Shown piece by piece: positions 1-10,163 of a DNA stretch of 64,000 nucleotides. Origin of the DNA: a virus (lineage: Duplodnaviria; Caudoviricetes); IMG/VR virus record IMGVR_UViG_3300031867_000034, positions 15,798 through 79,797 of that record; one strand, given 5' to 3'. The first letter of the stretch is position 1. Every line of letters begins with the position of its first letter. The position numbers were made by a program, and so were the translations under genes. The notes under the pieces are model-generated. The model saw only the letters and a list, made by a program, of their open reading frames with translations. It was not told where the DNA came from and searched no databases.

Positions 1-159
1 GAAACAAACATAAATGGAAGTGGTACAAATGGCACCAATATGGCAAACAATGTTATAATAAATGTATATGGGGCACCGGGGCAAGATGAAGAGGAAATTG
101 CAATAAAGGTGGCAAATGTACTTAGGGATAAAGTTGTTTCAATAGGAGCAATGGGATGA
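1..159 (+). CDS. C-terminal fragment of a probable tail tape measure protein (5' truncated)
   Basis: Open frame from base 1 (…NVIINVYGAPGQDEEEIAIKVANVLRDKVVSIGAMG*). Stop overlaps the next ATG (ATGA). Sits directly upstream of the distal tail gene. Confidence 0.55.
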   Translation, partial: ETNINGSGTNGTNMANNVIINVYGAPGQDEEEIAIKVANVLRDKVVSIGAMG

Positions 160-872
160 ACGATTATTTTGTTTTTAATGGTCTTTCTTCTTCAGATTGT
201 GGGGCATATATAGTTGCAAGCGAACTTGACAATGCCCCACAAAGGGATGTTGAAAAAATAGAAGTACCTGGAAGGAATGGGAGCCTTATTATTGATAATG
301 GGCGGTATAAGGATGATGAACAATCATACAATGGCATTATATATGATTCAAACAGATTTGATGAATATATAAGTGCATTTAGAAGCCTTATTTTATCTGA
401 TGCCGGCTATAAAAGATTGGAAGATACCTTTAAGCCGGATGAATACAGAATGGCTTATTTCAATGGCGATTTTTCACCCAAAACAATCCGCATGTGGAAG
501 AAGATGGGTAAATTTGAAGTAAGATTTACATGTAAACCACAAAGATATTTAAAAATGGGTGAAAAAACAACCGATTTTACCAAGAGCGGAATTTTGTTTA
601 ATCCTTCTTCACAAAATGCAATGCCAATGATAAGAGCCTTTGGATGGGGGCAAATTAATATTGGCGATTATGGAATATATATCGGTCAAAATCAATTGCC
701 TTATGTGGATATTGATTGTGAAAGAATGGATGCCTATTACAATAATATCAATTGCAATAATATGATTTCTTTAGAAAGTGATTTCCCTATCTTAAAACAA
801 GGTGATACAGAAATTACTTTTGATAGAAGTATTACATTGTTGCAAATAGTGCCAAGGTGGTGGATGATATGA
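156..872 (+). CDS. Siphovirus distal tail protein (Dit-like)
   Basis: 238 aa with typical Dit-like motifs (YFVFNG, RDVEKIEVPGRNG, FTCKPQRY, C-terminal PRWW). Lies between tape measure and tail spike. Confidence 0.75.
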   Translation: MNDYFVFNGLSSSDCGAYIVASELDNAPQRDVEKIEVPGRNGSLIIDNGRYKDDEQSYNGIIYDSNRFDEYISAFRSLILSDAGYKRLEDTFKPDEYRMAYFNGDFSPKTIRMWKKMGKFEVRFTCKPQRYLKMGEKTTDFTKSGILFNPSSQNAMPMIRAFGWGQINIGDYGIYIGQNQLPYVDIDCERMDAYYNNINCNNMISLESDFPILKQGDTEITFDRSITLLQIVPRWWMI

Positions 873-2890
873 TACCAACACTATATGAAGAATATGAAAC
901 CGAATATATATCAAATGGAATTGGGCGGTTATCTGATGCCATTTCTTGTGTAATAACACAGAATAAAGCCGGAACATATGAACTTGTTATGCAATATCCT
1001 TTAGATGGCATCCATGCGGAAGAAATAACAAATAATCGCATTATTTATGCGGTTCCGGAACGTGGTAAGAATCCACAACCCTTTAGGATAAGGAATGTTG
1101 AAAAAACACTTAATGGAAGAATGAAGGTAACAGCCAGGCATAATTGTTATGATTTGAATTATTATGCTTGTAAGGAATTTGGGCAAACCGATGTTGTACC
1201 ATATCAAATCACACCGAGCCTTTATGATTCAAGCGATGATTTAATTGGAGTGCTTACGGATTTGATTATGTATAATGTTGAAGTTGGCACAACCAAATGG
1301 ATTTTAACACTTGTTTATCCGTATGATGGTGAATATGCTGAAGATTTAACCATAGGCAATTTTATATTTGCACAACCGGCAATTGGTAGAGATTTAGTAA
1401 TGTTTAATATTACTGAAGTAGAAGAGCCATTAAGTGCAAGTGAAAATTATGTTGTAAAAGCCCAAGCAAACATTGTTCCATATGTTCCAAGTGAATACAA
1501 TAAAATGACAGTAACACAAGCACTTGGATATATAAAATCATATGCAGATTCCATCCAGGATTGCCCATTTACATTTACAGCCGCCCCAACAACCGCCGGT
1601 GATACTTGGGTAACCACACAAAGAACATTTTGGAGTGATGTGCCAAAGCCGGTTAAGCCATTGTTGCAAGGTTCTGAAGGAAGTGTTGTTGATGTGTTTG
1701 GTGGTGAATGGGAATTTGACCATTTTAATTGCATCTTGCATGAACAAAGGGGTTCGGATAATGGTGTACAATACCGATATGGCAAAAACATTACTTCCAT
1801 AAATGAGAGAATCAATATTGATGAAATATATACACATGCATTCTCATTTTGGAAGGGCACAGCATCATCCTCAACCAACACGGAACAAGGCGAATATTAT
1901 ACTAAGATGGGAACTATTCTTAATATCTTAGATTTAGATTTTTCCGCAATGTTCCCCACACAAAGAACACTTATTATTGATGCATCGGATGATTTTGAAT
2001 ATGAGCCAACAGCACAACAGCTTGATGATTTCACCAGGAAATATGTTGCCGATAATTCATCCGGTACACCAACAGTTACAATCGAAGTTTCCATTGTTGA
2101 CCTTGCAAATACAAAGGAATATGAGGATATAGCGGCACTTGAAGAAGTAAACTTGTATGATACAGTTACAATTGTATTTCCAAGGTTCGGAATCAATGTA
2201 AAATCAAAGGTAACAGAGATTGAATATGATGTTTTAAAAGAAAAGAATAATCATGTAATTATTGGTAATGTAACAACCAAATTAGCCAACATTATTGCTA
2301 AGAACAAAAGCGATATAATAAAAACCAAGGCTGATTTGAAGAAATGGGCTGATAAAGCCATGGAAAGAGCCACAGAAGCACTTGCCGGATGGAATGGCGG
2401 AAATATAAGGAAGAATTATAATAAATCTGACCATAAACAGCAATCCATGTATATAATGAATGCAGATAATATGCAAAGTGCCGGAAAAGCCATTAAATTT
2501 GATGGATATGGAATTGGGGTAAGCGGCAACGGGGCAGAAGGCAACTATACTTACATGGTCAATATGTCCGGAGGAGGGTTATATTTTACAGATTCCTTTG
2601 CCCAGGATGGTGATACAAATGCGAGTTTTTTGAAACGTGGTATTATAGTTAAAGGAAAGAGTTATTGGAATCTTAATAGTGGTGAAATCTATATTGAGCC
2701 TATTGGAATAAGAGTAAAGGGCACAGCCAATATTGAAGATAATCTTAATGTTACCGGTGATGCAAGTGTTGGCGGAAGTCTTGTGGTAGGGGGGTATGAT
2801 GTGGCTGAATCATTAGATGGATTAGGTAATATAAACGATGCAATCGAGGATTTAGATAGAAGAGTATCAGCCCTTGAAGGACAGAATTGA
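869..2890 (+). CDS. Tail spike / prophage tail endopeptidase-like (Tal) protein
   Basis: Starts MIPTLYE…GIGRLSDAISC…GTYELVMQYP. Has GGEWEFDHF and RGSDNGVQYRYGKNI motifs typical of Bacillota siphophage baseplate hub proteins. Confidence 0.75.
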   Translation: MIPTLYEEYETEYISNGIGRLSDAISCVITQNKAGTYELVMQYPLDGIHAEEITNNRIIYAVPERGKNPQPFRIRNVEKTLNGRMKVTARHNCYDLNYYACKEFGQTDVVPYQITPSLYDSSDDLIGVLTDLIMYNVEVGTTKWILTLVYPYDGEYAEDLTIGNFIFAQPAIGRDLVMFNITEVEEPLSASENYVVKAQANIVPYVPSEYNKMTVTQALGYIKSYADSIQDCPFTFTAAPTTAGDTWVTTQRTFWSDVPKPVKPLLQGSEGSVVDVFGGEWEFDHFNCILHEQRGSDNGVQYRYGKNITSINERINIDEIYTHAFSFWKGTASSSTNTEQGEYYTKMGTILNILDLDFSAMFPTQRTLIIDASDDFEYEPTAQQLDDFTRKYVADNSSGTPTVTIEVSIVDLANTKEYEDIAALEEVNLYDTVTIVFPRFGINVKSKVTEIEYDVLKEKNNHVIIGNVTTKLANIIAKNKSDIIKTKADLKKWADKAMERATEALAGWNGGNIRKNYNKSDHKQQSMYIMNADNMQSAGKAIKFDGYGIGVSGNGAEGNYTYMVNMSGGGLYFTDSFAQDGDTNASFLKRGIIVKGKSYWNLNSGEIYIEPIGIRVKGTANIEDNLNVTGDASVGGSLVVGGYDVAESLDGLGNINDAIEDLDRRVSALEGQN

Positions 2891-2911
2891 AGAGTATAAA
2901 GGAGGGATAAC

Positions 2912-5320
2912 ATGGCAAGTTATATTGTAACGGATAGGATAAGAGTAAATATTGTTCATAGCTTTGCAGTACCACCAAGAGTAAAGTGTGAGCAATATGA
3001 TGGTGATTATACAAAGCTAATTCAAGCGATTGTTTATAATGGTGATGTTTTGTATAACATTCCAAGTGCTGTTAGACGTATTGTTGTTTCCGGTTTAAAG
3101 CCCGATGGTAATGGCTTTTCTTATGATTGCACATGGAGCGGCAACACAGTTTCTTTCTCACTGATGAGGCAAATGACTGCTGTTAATGGTGATGTGCCAT
3201 GTAATATAACAATGTTTGATTCAGAAAACAATCAAGTTTCATCGGCTGTTTTTGTTCTTGATGTTGAAAAAGCCGCTCTCCCTTCTGATGTCGTGGTATC
3301 ATCTAATGATTTTCAGACTTTTGTTGATTATGTACAAGCGGCAAATTTATATTGGCAATACTCTAAATCTTATGCCGTTGGTAATACCGGTATTAGAAGC
3401 GGAGAAAATACTGATAATAGCCAATATTATGCACACCTTGCAAGGATGTATAATGGTGCCCCACGTAAAGCCGCAACAGCTAGTGCTATGACCGATGTTA
3501 CCAAGATTTATGTATATGTTGGTTCAGAGAGTGGATATAACAATGGGCATTGGTATTTTTACAATGATTCCGAATGGGAAGATGGCGGCGTTTATAATGC
3601 GCAAGGACAGCAAACAGATACAGAATTTATAATACCCGGCATTGCGGCGGATGCGGAGGCTGTTGGCAATATATTAGGGCATGAAACGCTTGCTACACAA
3701 GCACAAACTTTAATTGGTGGAATTAATGAAATTGCTAATCAGCTTGTTACACCACAAATGTTTGGTGCTAAAGGTGATGGAGTTACAGATGATACAGCCG
3801 CTTTTACAGCTTTAATAGCTTATTTAGATAGCCTTATTACTTCAAGAAATATGCATGATTATAGACCTGGTGGATATAAAGGTGGTGTTACACTTCATAT
3901 CCCAAGCGGTACATATATTTTAAGTGAGCCATTTGTAATACCATCTTTTATCAAGGTTGTTGGTGATGGAAATGATAGCACCTTTTTAAAATTTTCATCT
4001 AGTGAGTATGGTATATCATTAGATGGTAAACCATATAACGGCTTAAAAACATATAGTGGCTCTATTAGCGATATTTGTATTGTTATGGATGGCACTGGTA
4101 TTGGTTTATCAAATGCCGAGCTATCTACATCTATAACAAATCAGAACACTATATCGGATGCAGAATTTTCTAATATTCGTATTACTAATGCTAAAGCTGG
4201 TGTACTAATACAAGGTGCTTGGAACTCTTTATTTGACCATATTGTCTGTGAGGGTTGTTCCTTTGGCTTTATCATGGATAGAAATGCGTTTGATGGTGGC
4301 AATAATAATAATAGGCTTATCAATTATATGGGTACAAGTTGTAAAAATTGCGGACTATGGTGTGGTGCAAGTGGCTTGTATACCGAAAATCTAAATGTTG
4401 AAGCCATAGGAAATGTATGGCAAGGGGAATACTCAGATGAAAATATTACAGTAAATGGTAAAACATATTCAACTGAAAATCCTTGTGCTGTATATATTAC
4501 TGGAACTGTTAGAGCAGATTTTATATCACCTTGGTTTGAACGTATTACTACTGTTAATGAAAATATCAATACTTACGCATTTTTATTTGCTAACTTGGAC
4601 TCTGATGCAAATAATTATCCATTAACACGTGTTACTATTGATTCTCCACATTTTAATAATGATGTGTATAGACCAATTAAGTGTGATGGTAGTGCATATT
4701 TATATGTATCTAAAGTGTTTAGAAACCTTGGAGATTATCCTTTAGCAGAACTGACGAATGTTAGCCCTTATGGTATGTATATTTTTAGAGATATGACACA
4801 GTATCAAGCTGATACAGTAACAGCAAGCCCCGTAGCAACTTATAATCAAATTATATTTGAAAATATAAGAGCAGAAATGGGTGTTACTGGTGTTATTAAC
4901 ACATACCTTAATAGTAATTCAAAGGCAACAGTAATTGATAGGTCGTATTACAAATATGCCAGCAATTCAGCTTACAACTGTGAGCAATATAAAGCATTTA
5001 ATACAGGAATTAAAGCAATTAGCCATGTTACTAACAGTGTTGTCAATATGAAAGAATATTATGGTGACAGTAAAGCAATAGGCTTGCCATTAAATGTTGG
5101 TAATGTTCAAGTTTCAAATGGCACAACTACAGTTGATATAATCCACCAAACAGATAAAACAAACTATTGTGTTATGTTTATTGCCGAGGATGCCACAGCC
5201 GCACAAACATTAAAAGAGGGGTATTATATTTCTACAAAGGCATGGAATAAATTTACAGTTACATTTAATCGAGCATTTTCAGCGGATGCCACGTTGCATT
5301 ATTTTGTAATGACTTCATAA
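2912..5320 (+). CDS. Receptor-binding protein: BppU-like N-terminus plus pectate-lyase-like beta-helix (possible depolymerase)
   Basis: N-terminal QYD…GLKPDG BppU-type motif. VTPQMFGAKGDGVTDDTAAF marks the start of a beta-helix domain. Confidence 0.7.
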   Translation: MASYIVTDRIRVNIVHSFAVPPRVKCEQYDGDYTKLIQAIVYNGDVLYNIPSAVRRIVVSGLKPDGNGFSYDCTWSGNTVSFSLMRQMTAVNGDVPCNITMFDSENNQVSSAVFVLDVEKAALPSDVVVSSNDFQTFVDYVQAANLYWQYSKSYAVGNTGIRSGENTDNSQYYAHLARMYNGAPRKAATASAMTDVTKIYVYVGSESGYNNGHWYFYNDSEWEDGGVYNAQGQQTDTEFIIPGIAADAEAVGNILGHETLATQAQTLIGGINEIANQLVTPQMFGAKGDGVTDDTAAFTALIAYLDSLITSRNMHDYRPGGYKGGVTLHIPSGTYILSEPFVIPSFIKVVGDGNDSTFLKFSSSEYGISLDGKPYNGLKTYSGSISDICIVMDGTGIGLSNAELSTSITNQNTISDAEFSNIRITNAKAGVLIQGAWNSLFDHIVCEGCSFGFIMDRNAFDGGNNNNRLINYMGTSCKNCGLWCGASGLYTENLNVEAIGNVWQGEYSDENITVNGKTYSTENPCAVYITGTVRADFISPWFERITTVNENINTYAFLFANLDSDANNYPLTRVTIDSPHFNNDVYRPIKCDGSAYLYVSKVFRNLGDYPLAELTNVSPYGMYIFRDMTQYQADTVTASPVATYNQIIFENIRAEMGVTGVINTYLNSNSKATVIDRSYYKYASNSAYNCEQYKAFNTGIKAISHVTNSVVNMKEYYGDSKAIGLPLNVGNVQVSNGTTTVDIIHQTDKTNYCVMFIAEDATAAQTLKEGYYISTKAWNKFTVTFNRAFSADATLHYFVMTS

Positions 5321-5342
5321 AGAAAACAAAAGGGGCAACCAC

Positions 5343-5358
5343 TATATTTTGTGGTTGC
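5343..5358 (+). terminator. Hairpin between tail and lysis genes (GCAACCAC-N8-GTGGTTGC, ~5335-5358), followed by an extended -10 TGCTATAAT
   Basis: Inverted repeat followed by a T-rich tract. Confidence 0.45.
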
Positions 5359-5426
5359 TTCTTTCCTTTTATGCTATAATTTGCTTAGATAATAGTTGAT
5401 ATTTTGAACATATGGGGGATTTTCTT

Positions 5427-5741
5427 ATGGCAGAACCAAGTTATGTAACACAAAATGAATTTAACCTTGCTACAAAGAGAATAGATGAAGAAAATAAAAG
5501 GCAAAATGAGCGGTTGCAAAGCTTGGAAACAAATTATGCCATTGTAAATCAATTATCTATTCATATGGAGCGGCTTGCATCCAACATGGAGGCTATGGCA
5601 AAAGAACTTGCCAGGCAAGGTTTAAAACTTGATGATTTGGAAATGAAACCATCAAAACGATGGGATTTAATTGTTACATCAATCATTACCGGATTAGCCG
5701 GAGCCTTTATTGGATTACTGATTAAAGGATGGATGCTGTGA
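5427..5741 (+). CDS. Coiled-coil protein with C-terminal TM helix (XhlA-like lysis accessory protein)
   Basis: Heptad-rich N-terminus and hydrophobic C-terminus (LIVTSIITGLAGAFIGLLIKG). First gene of the lysis cassette. Confidence 0.55.
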   Translation: MAEPSYVTQNEFNLATKRIDEENKRQNERLQSLETNYAIVNQLSIHMERLASNMEAMAKELARQGLKLDDLEMKPSKRWDLIVTSIITGLAGAFIGLLIKGWML

Positions 5742-5965
5742 GAAAAAGAAAAAACAAGGTTCCTAAAAAGATTGATAAAATTGTAAAGGGCGTTTGCATC
5801 TATTGGGTAACATTTGTTGCGGTTGCCTGGATTACGTTTTGGGTAAAAGATAGTGTGCCGGATTCTCTTATACAATTTGGGCTTGGGGGTTCAGTATTAG
5901 AACTTGTAATGACGGCTTTAATTGAAATTGCAAGGGATAAATACAACAAAGAAGAAAATGAATAA
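5729..5965 (+). CDS. Small two-TM membrane protein of the lysis cassette
   Basis: Basic N-terminus and two hydrophobic segments. Confidence 0.5.
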   Translation: MDAVRKRKNKVPKKIDKIVKGVCIYWVTFVAVAWITFWVKDSVPDSLIQFGLGGSVLELVMTALIEIARDKYNKEENE

Positions 5966-6006
5966 CATATGCCAAGGATAGTGATTTAAGGAAGAAGGTG
6001 GTTTAA

Positions 6007-6354
6007 TTGACTTGGTTTTTAAACAATTGGAGTTTTCTTGTTGTTGTGGTATGTGCCATTGGGGCAATTGTTATATATCTCAATAGGTTTATTGCCCTTC
6101 CATCCGGCGAACAGCTTAACAAGGTTAAACAATGGCTTTTGTATGCTGTTATTGAGGCGGAAAAGCAATACCAGGGTGGCACCGGGGCATTAAAACTAAG
6201 AGCGGTATATAATGAGTTTTGCAAGGTATTCCCAAGCCTTGTGCCTATTATATCATTTGCGGTATTTTCCGAACTTGTTGATGAAGCATTGGAACAAATG
6301 AGGCATCTTTTAGAAACCAATTTAGATATTGCAAATTATATTGAGGGCGAGTAA
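6007..6354 (+). CDS. Holin (LL-H-like)
   Basis: N-terminal TM helix, then VKQWLLYAVIEAEKQY…G.GALKL…VY motif. Immediately upstream of the endolysin. Confidence 0.7.
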   Translation: MTWFLNNWSFLVVVVCAIGAIVIYLNRFIALPSGEQLNKVKQWLLYAVIEAEKQYQGGTGALKLRAVYNEFCKVFPSLVPIISFAVFSELVDEALEQMRHLLETNLDIANYIEGE

Positions 6355-7020
6355 ATGAGTGTAATGATTTGCCATGCTTCAATAGATGAAAACGGAAGAG
6401 CCAAGGGCGGAAAAGCCGCCGACCAAACCGGAAAAGAAGTGTGCATCCGTACATGGTACAATAAGCCATGGGGATGTGTTATAAGGTTTAAGGATGCCAA
6501 GATGGCGGAAAAGGTTGCCGCTTGCATGGAAATGGCGGCAAAGAATAACCATATTGGCTATGACCAAAACCAAAGAAACACACTTCTTACCAAAGCCAGG
6601 AAATACAATTACAATGTTTCCAAGGTTGCGGAAGATTGCGAAACGGATTGTAGTGCCCTTGTATCTGTTGCTTGCATGTATGCCGGCATTCCGGAAAGTA
6701 TGCTTACACTAAATGGAAATTGTGCCACAACAAGAACATTGCGCCCTATTCTTAAGGCATCCGGCGAAGTGGATGTATTTACAACACCACTTTACACATC
6801 CAAGCCGGATAAGCTGATAAGAGGCGATATTCTTTTAAAAGAAGGGGCACATGTTGCGGTGGTGGTAAAAGGGAATCAAAGCACAAAGAGCCTGGATGAA
6901 ATTGCCAAAGAGGTAATTGCTCTTAAGTGGGGCACCGGCATTGAACGGAAACAGAGATTAAAAGCCGCCGGCTATAATCCGGAGGAAGTACAAAAAAGAG
7001 TTAATGAGTTGTTAAAATGA
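6355..7020 (+). CDS. Endolysin: NlpC/P60-like Cys peptidase plus CW_7 cell-wall-binding repeat
   Basis: TDCSALV…GDILLKEGAHV catalytic Cys/His. C-terminal SLDEIAKEVI..KWG.G.ERKQRLKAAGY..EEVQKRVN is a CW_7 repeat. Confidence 0.8.
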   Translation: MSVMICHASIDENGRAKGGKAADQTGKEVCIRTWYNKPWGCVIRFKDAKMAEKVAACMEMAAKNNHIGYDQNQRNTLLTKARKYNYNVSKVAEDCETDCSALVSVACMYAGIPESMLTLNGNCATTRTLRPILKASGEVDVFTTPLYTSKPDKLIRGDILLKEGAHVAVVVKGNQSTKSLDEIAKEVIALKWGTGIERKQRLKAAGYNPEEVQKRVNELLK

Positions 7021-7078
7021 TAGCTGATATTTCATTAAATCCATGTTATTATTCATGGTACAAAGGAGGGATAATTAC

Positions 7079-7342
7079 ATGGATGAAAAGATGATACCTT
7101 ATATTGCATTTGAGAGTGCCACATCAAGGCAAGAGAGAACCATTAAGCGGCTATGGATATTGTGTTTGGTGCTGATAATAGCACTTCTTGGCACTAATGC
7201 CGGATGGATTTTCTATGAATCACAATGGCAAGTAGTAGAAACAACCACAGTTACACAAGATTTAGATGCGAGTGATGGCGGCGATGCTGTTATAAATGAT
7301 GGGGTGCATATAAATGGCGAGAGCGAGGCAAACAGTAACTAA
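7079..7342 (+). CDS. Single-TM hypothetical protein
   Basis: AGGAGG RBS. Hydrophobic stretch LWILCLVLIIALLG. Confidence 0.6.
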   Translation: MDEKMIPYIAFESATSRQERTIKRLWILCLVLIIALLGTNAGWIFYESQWQVVETTTVTQDLDASDGGDAVINDGVHINGESEANSN

Positions 7343-7448
7343 GAGCAAATCAAGGCAAAAGAAAACCGGCGGCAATTCCGGATATATTCAATGTAACATG
7401 TGTAAAGGTAGCGGAAGAATCCGAAATTGGCATAAGAACAAAAAATGA
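7314..7448 (+). CDS. 44-aa basic protein with a CxxCxGxG motif (not in ORF track)
   Basis: Translates MARARQTVTKSKSRQKKTGGNSGYIQCNMCKGSGRIRNWHKNKK*. Stop overlaps the next ATG. Confidence 0.55.
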   Translation: MARARQTVTKSKSRQKKTGGNSGYIQCNMCKGSGRIRNWHKNKK

Positions 7449-7660
7449 TTGAGTATAGCAATTCAGAGATAACCAGGATAATCAATGAATATATCCATAA
7501 TGAGCGCAACCGGAAATTGCTTTTAAGGCGTTATGTGGATGGCGTAACTTTGGAGAGATTAGCGGAAGAATTTGATTTATCGGTTAGGCAAGCAAAGAAT
7601 ATAATATACAACAATGAAGATGTGATATTTAAGCATCTAGGTAAAGGAAAAGAGCAATGA
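7445..7660 (+). CDS. Sigma-70 region-4-like HTH DNA-binding protein
   Basis: RKLLLRRYVDGVTLERLAEEFDLSVRQAKNII matches the region-4 HTH pattern. Confidence 0.7.
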   Translation: MIEYSNSEITRIINEYIHNERNRKLLLRRYVDGVTLERLAEEFDLSVRQAKNIIYNNEDVIFKHLGKGKEQ

Positions 7661-7791
7661 GTGATAAGCCCATTGCTCTTTTTTGCGTATTTCTATGATT
7701 TATTTGGAGTGTTGTGGGGATATGGAAGGGGGATTCCATAAACTTATATTTATTATATCATAAAATTCTCTTTTGTTAAGTAGTCAATAAT

Positions 7792-7817
7792 TGCCCATTT
7801 ATTTCCTTTTATGGGCA
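7792..7817. promoter_or_regulatory. Operator-like inverted repeat TGCCCAT-N12-ATGGGCA upstream of the accessory cassette
   Basis: Perfect 7-bp inverted repeat 25 bp upstream of ATG 7842. Confidence 0.35.
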
Positions 7818-7841
7818 CTTTTCCCAACCTAAAATTGAATC

Positions 7842-8066
7842 ATGGATATTGTAAGAAATAGTGTAAATAGATTGGTTAGTATCGGATATGGTGATGCCGA
7901 GGCATGGCGCATAGTTAAGGACTTTTTGAAAAATTACTATGGCTCAAAGGAACTAACCGAATTTATCGAAGAAAAGGAAAAAGAGAATGTGGATAGAATA
8001 CAATCCAAGCCCGGTAGGTGCCCGTGTGGGGGATTGTGCGGTTCGTGCAATTGCAAAGGCTCTTAA
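7842..8066 (+). CDS. Hypothetical protein
   Basis: ORF track. The Cys-rich tail overlaps the next gene. Confidence 0.45.
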   Translation: MDIVRNSVNRLVSIGYGDAEAWRIVKDFLKNYYGSKELTEFIEEKEKENVDRIQSKPGRCPCGGLCGSCNCKGS

Positions 8067-8382
8067 TACAACATGGGAAAAGGCATATTTACTTTTAGTT
8101 GTTAATGGCTTTGCTATGGGAGATATGCCAAGTGCAAATAATGTAATAGGCTCAGTATTAAGGCAACATGGTTTTAAAAGGGCAAATATACCAAGCGATT
8201 GCCCAGATTGTTTAACAATCAAAGAATTTTGCAAAGATAATCAACGAGGAATATTTGTAATTGGAACCGGAACACATGTTGTTGCTGTTGATTCCGGAAA
8301 TTACTATGATGCATGGAATAGTGGAAATGAATATGTTTCTTATGTGTGGTATTTGCAAAATCCACCTATTTTCTATATATAG
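7987..8382 (+). CDS. Papain/C39-like cysteine peptidase-fold protein
   Basis: GDCAVRAIAKA (Cys)…THVVAV (His)…YYDAW (Asp) triad spacing. Confidence 0.55.
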   Translation: MWIEYNPSPVGARVGDCAVRAIAKALNTTWEKAYLLLVVNGFAMGDMPSANNVIGSVLRQHGFKRANIPSDCPDCLTIKEFCKDNQRGIFVIGTGTHVVAVDSGNYYDAWNSGNEYVSYVWYLQNPPIFYI

Positions 8383-8411
8383 CACATTTCTTTAAAAAAA
8401 GGAGGCTTTAA

Positions 8412-8903
8412 ATGGCTTATAACAATTTCTATCCACAGTATTATCAACCAATGCAAAATCAAGCATTTCAACAGAACTATCCACAAAATCAAGCATTTCA
8501 GCAACAACCACAAAACTATCAACAACAGAACATGGCGCAGAATATGCCACAGAATCAACCGCAAATACAGAATGGCGGATTTATGCAGATTCCTACCGAG
8601 GAAATGGCAAGGAGTTATCCGGTAGCACCTGGAAATTGCGTTACCTTCAAGATTGAGGGCAAACCGATTGTAATGGAAAAATCTATGGGATTTTCACAGC
8701 TTGAAGCACCAAGGATTGATAGGTATAGACTTGTTCGTGAAGAAGATGCCCCAAATGAGCAAAATTTGCCCCAAAATGAGCCAAAAAATAATCCAACAGA
8801 GAATGAAACCATTAAAGGGTTAAAAGATGAAATAAAGGCTTTAAATGAAGAATTAGAGGATGTTAAAAAGCGGTTACATGAATTGGAGGATGTGGGAGCA
8901 TGA
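8412..8903 (+). CDS. Protein with Q/N/Y-rich low-complexity N-terminus and C-terminal coiled coil
   Basis: First ~55 aa are QNxPQ-type repeats. AGGAGG RBS. Confidence 0.7.
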   Translation: MAYNNFYPQYYQPMQNQAFQQNYPQNQAFQQQPQNYQQQNMAQNMPQNQPQIQNGGFMQIPTEEMARSYPVAPGNCVTFKIEGKPIVMEKSMGFSQLEAPRIDRYRLVREEDAPNEQNLPQNEPKNNPTENETIKGLKDEIKALNEELEDVKKRLHELEDVGA

Positions 8904-9127
8904 ACAACATAAATCAGATTATGAACATGTACCAACAGTTGAGAAGTAATCCAATGCAATTACTTGCAAAGCGCTTTAATTTGCCCCAGGGCATGAACAT
9001 AAATAATCCAAATGATATTATTCAGCATCTTCTTAATACCCAGCAGATTAGCCAACAGCAACTTAATGCGGTTGTTGGAATGAGAGATAATCCATTGATT
9101 CAACAGCTTATGCAAAGGAAATTCTAA
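8900..9127 (+). CDS. Small Q/N/M-rich protein
   Basis: ATGA-coupled to the previous gene. Confidence 0.7.
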   Translation: MNNINQIMNMYQQLRSNPMQLLAKRFNLPQGMNINNPNDIIQHLLNTQQISQQQLNAVVGMRDNPLIQQLMQRKF

Positions 9128-9219
9128 AGCTATTAAGGCAAGTGCGCATAGCCTTGATATACCGGTTATCCATCAAGTGAGGGTAGCCGCTAACCTTATC
9201 AATTAAAGGAGGAAAAATT

Positions 9220-10152
9220 ATGGCATTAACAGATGATAACAACGGACTTGGAGCAACAATGCTTGTTAGCCCTACCAACGGAGTGCCTTACTATGGCGGA
9301 AACATGGGCGGAGGCTTTGGAAACGGCTTTGGCACAGATTGGGGTTGGATTATATTACTTCTTCTCTTTGCCGGAGGCGGATGGGGAAACGGATTCGGCG
9401 GTTATGGCGGCGGACAGCTTGGCTATGATTTCCCATGGCTTATGAACGGACAGCAAGGCATTAACAACAATGTTTCTGATGGATTCCGTGATGCACAGCT
9501 TCACGATTCAGTAACATCGGTTCGTGATGGTATTTCAGCACTTTCCACACAGCTTTGCGGATGTTGCGGCGATATTCAGAACAGCCTTTGCAACGGCTTT
9601 AATGGTGTAAACATGAGTGTAAACAATGCGCAGAATGCCATTGCACAACAGCTTTACACAAATCAGATTGCCGACCTTAACAGAAGTTTTGATGCACAGA
9701 CCGCAACAACAGCCGGCATGAATGCCATTGGCATGAGCCTTCAGAATTGCTGTTGCGAAAACAGAGCCGCAACCGCTGATTTGAAGTACACAATTGCAAC
9801 CGAGAATTGCGCCGATAGAGCCGCACTTTCCGATGGTGTAAGAGATATTATTGCAAATCAGACCGCAAGCACACAGAGAATCCTTGACCAACTTTGCCAG
9901 GATAAGATTGATGCAAAGAATGATGAAATTGCACGACTTAGACAGGAAATTTCAATGAAAGACCTTGCGGCTTCACAAGTGGCGCAGAACGCATTTATTC
10001 AGAATGGATTTGCGAATGAAGTAGACCAACTCTATAATCGTTTGTCAAATTGCCCAGTTCCTACAACTCCGGTTTATGGTAGGACACCTATTTTCACATG
10101 CAATCAGAATCAGTGCGGATGCGGATGTAGCGGAAACACCTTTTTTAACTAA
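9220..10152 (+). CDS. Gly-rich N-terminus / TM segment / Cys-cluster coiled-coil protein of unknown function
   Basis: GGGFGNGFG, WGWIILLLLFAGGGWG, QLCGCC, QNCCCE and terminal CGCGC. Strong RBS. Confidence 0.75.
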   Translation: MALTDDNNGLGATMLVSPTNGVPYYGGNMGGGFGNGFGTDWGWIILLLLFAGGGWGNGFGGYGGGQLGYDFPWLMNGQQGINNNVSDGFRDAQLHDSVTSVRDGISALSTQLCGCCGDIQNSLCNGFNGVNMSVNNAQNAIAQQLYTNQIADLNRSFDAQTATTAGMNAIGMSLQNCCCENRAATADLKYTIATENCADRAALSDGVRDIIANQTASTQRILDQLCQDKIDAKNDEIARLRQEISMKDLAASQVAQNAFIQNGFANEVDQLYNRLSNCPVPTTPVYGRTPIFTCNQNQCGCGCSGNTFFN

Positions 10153-10163
10153 GGAGGTGTGCT

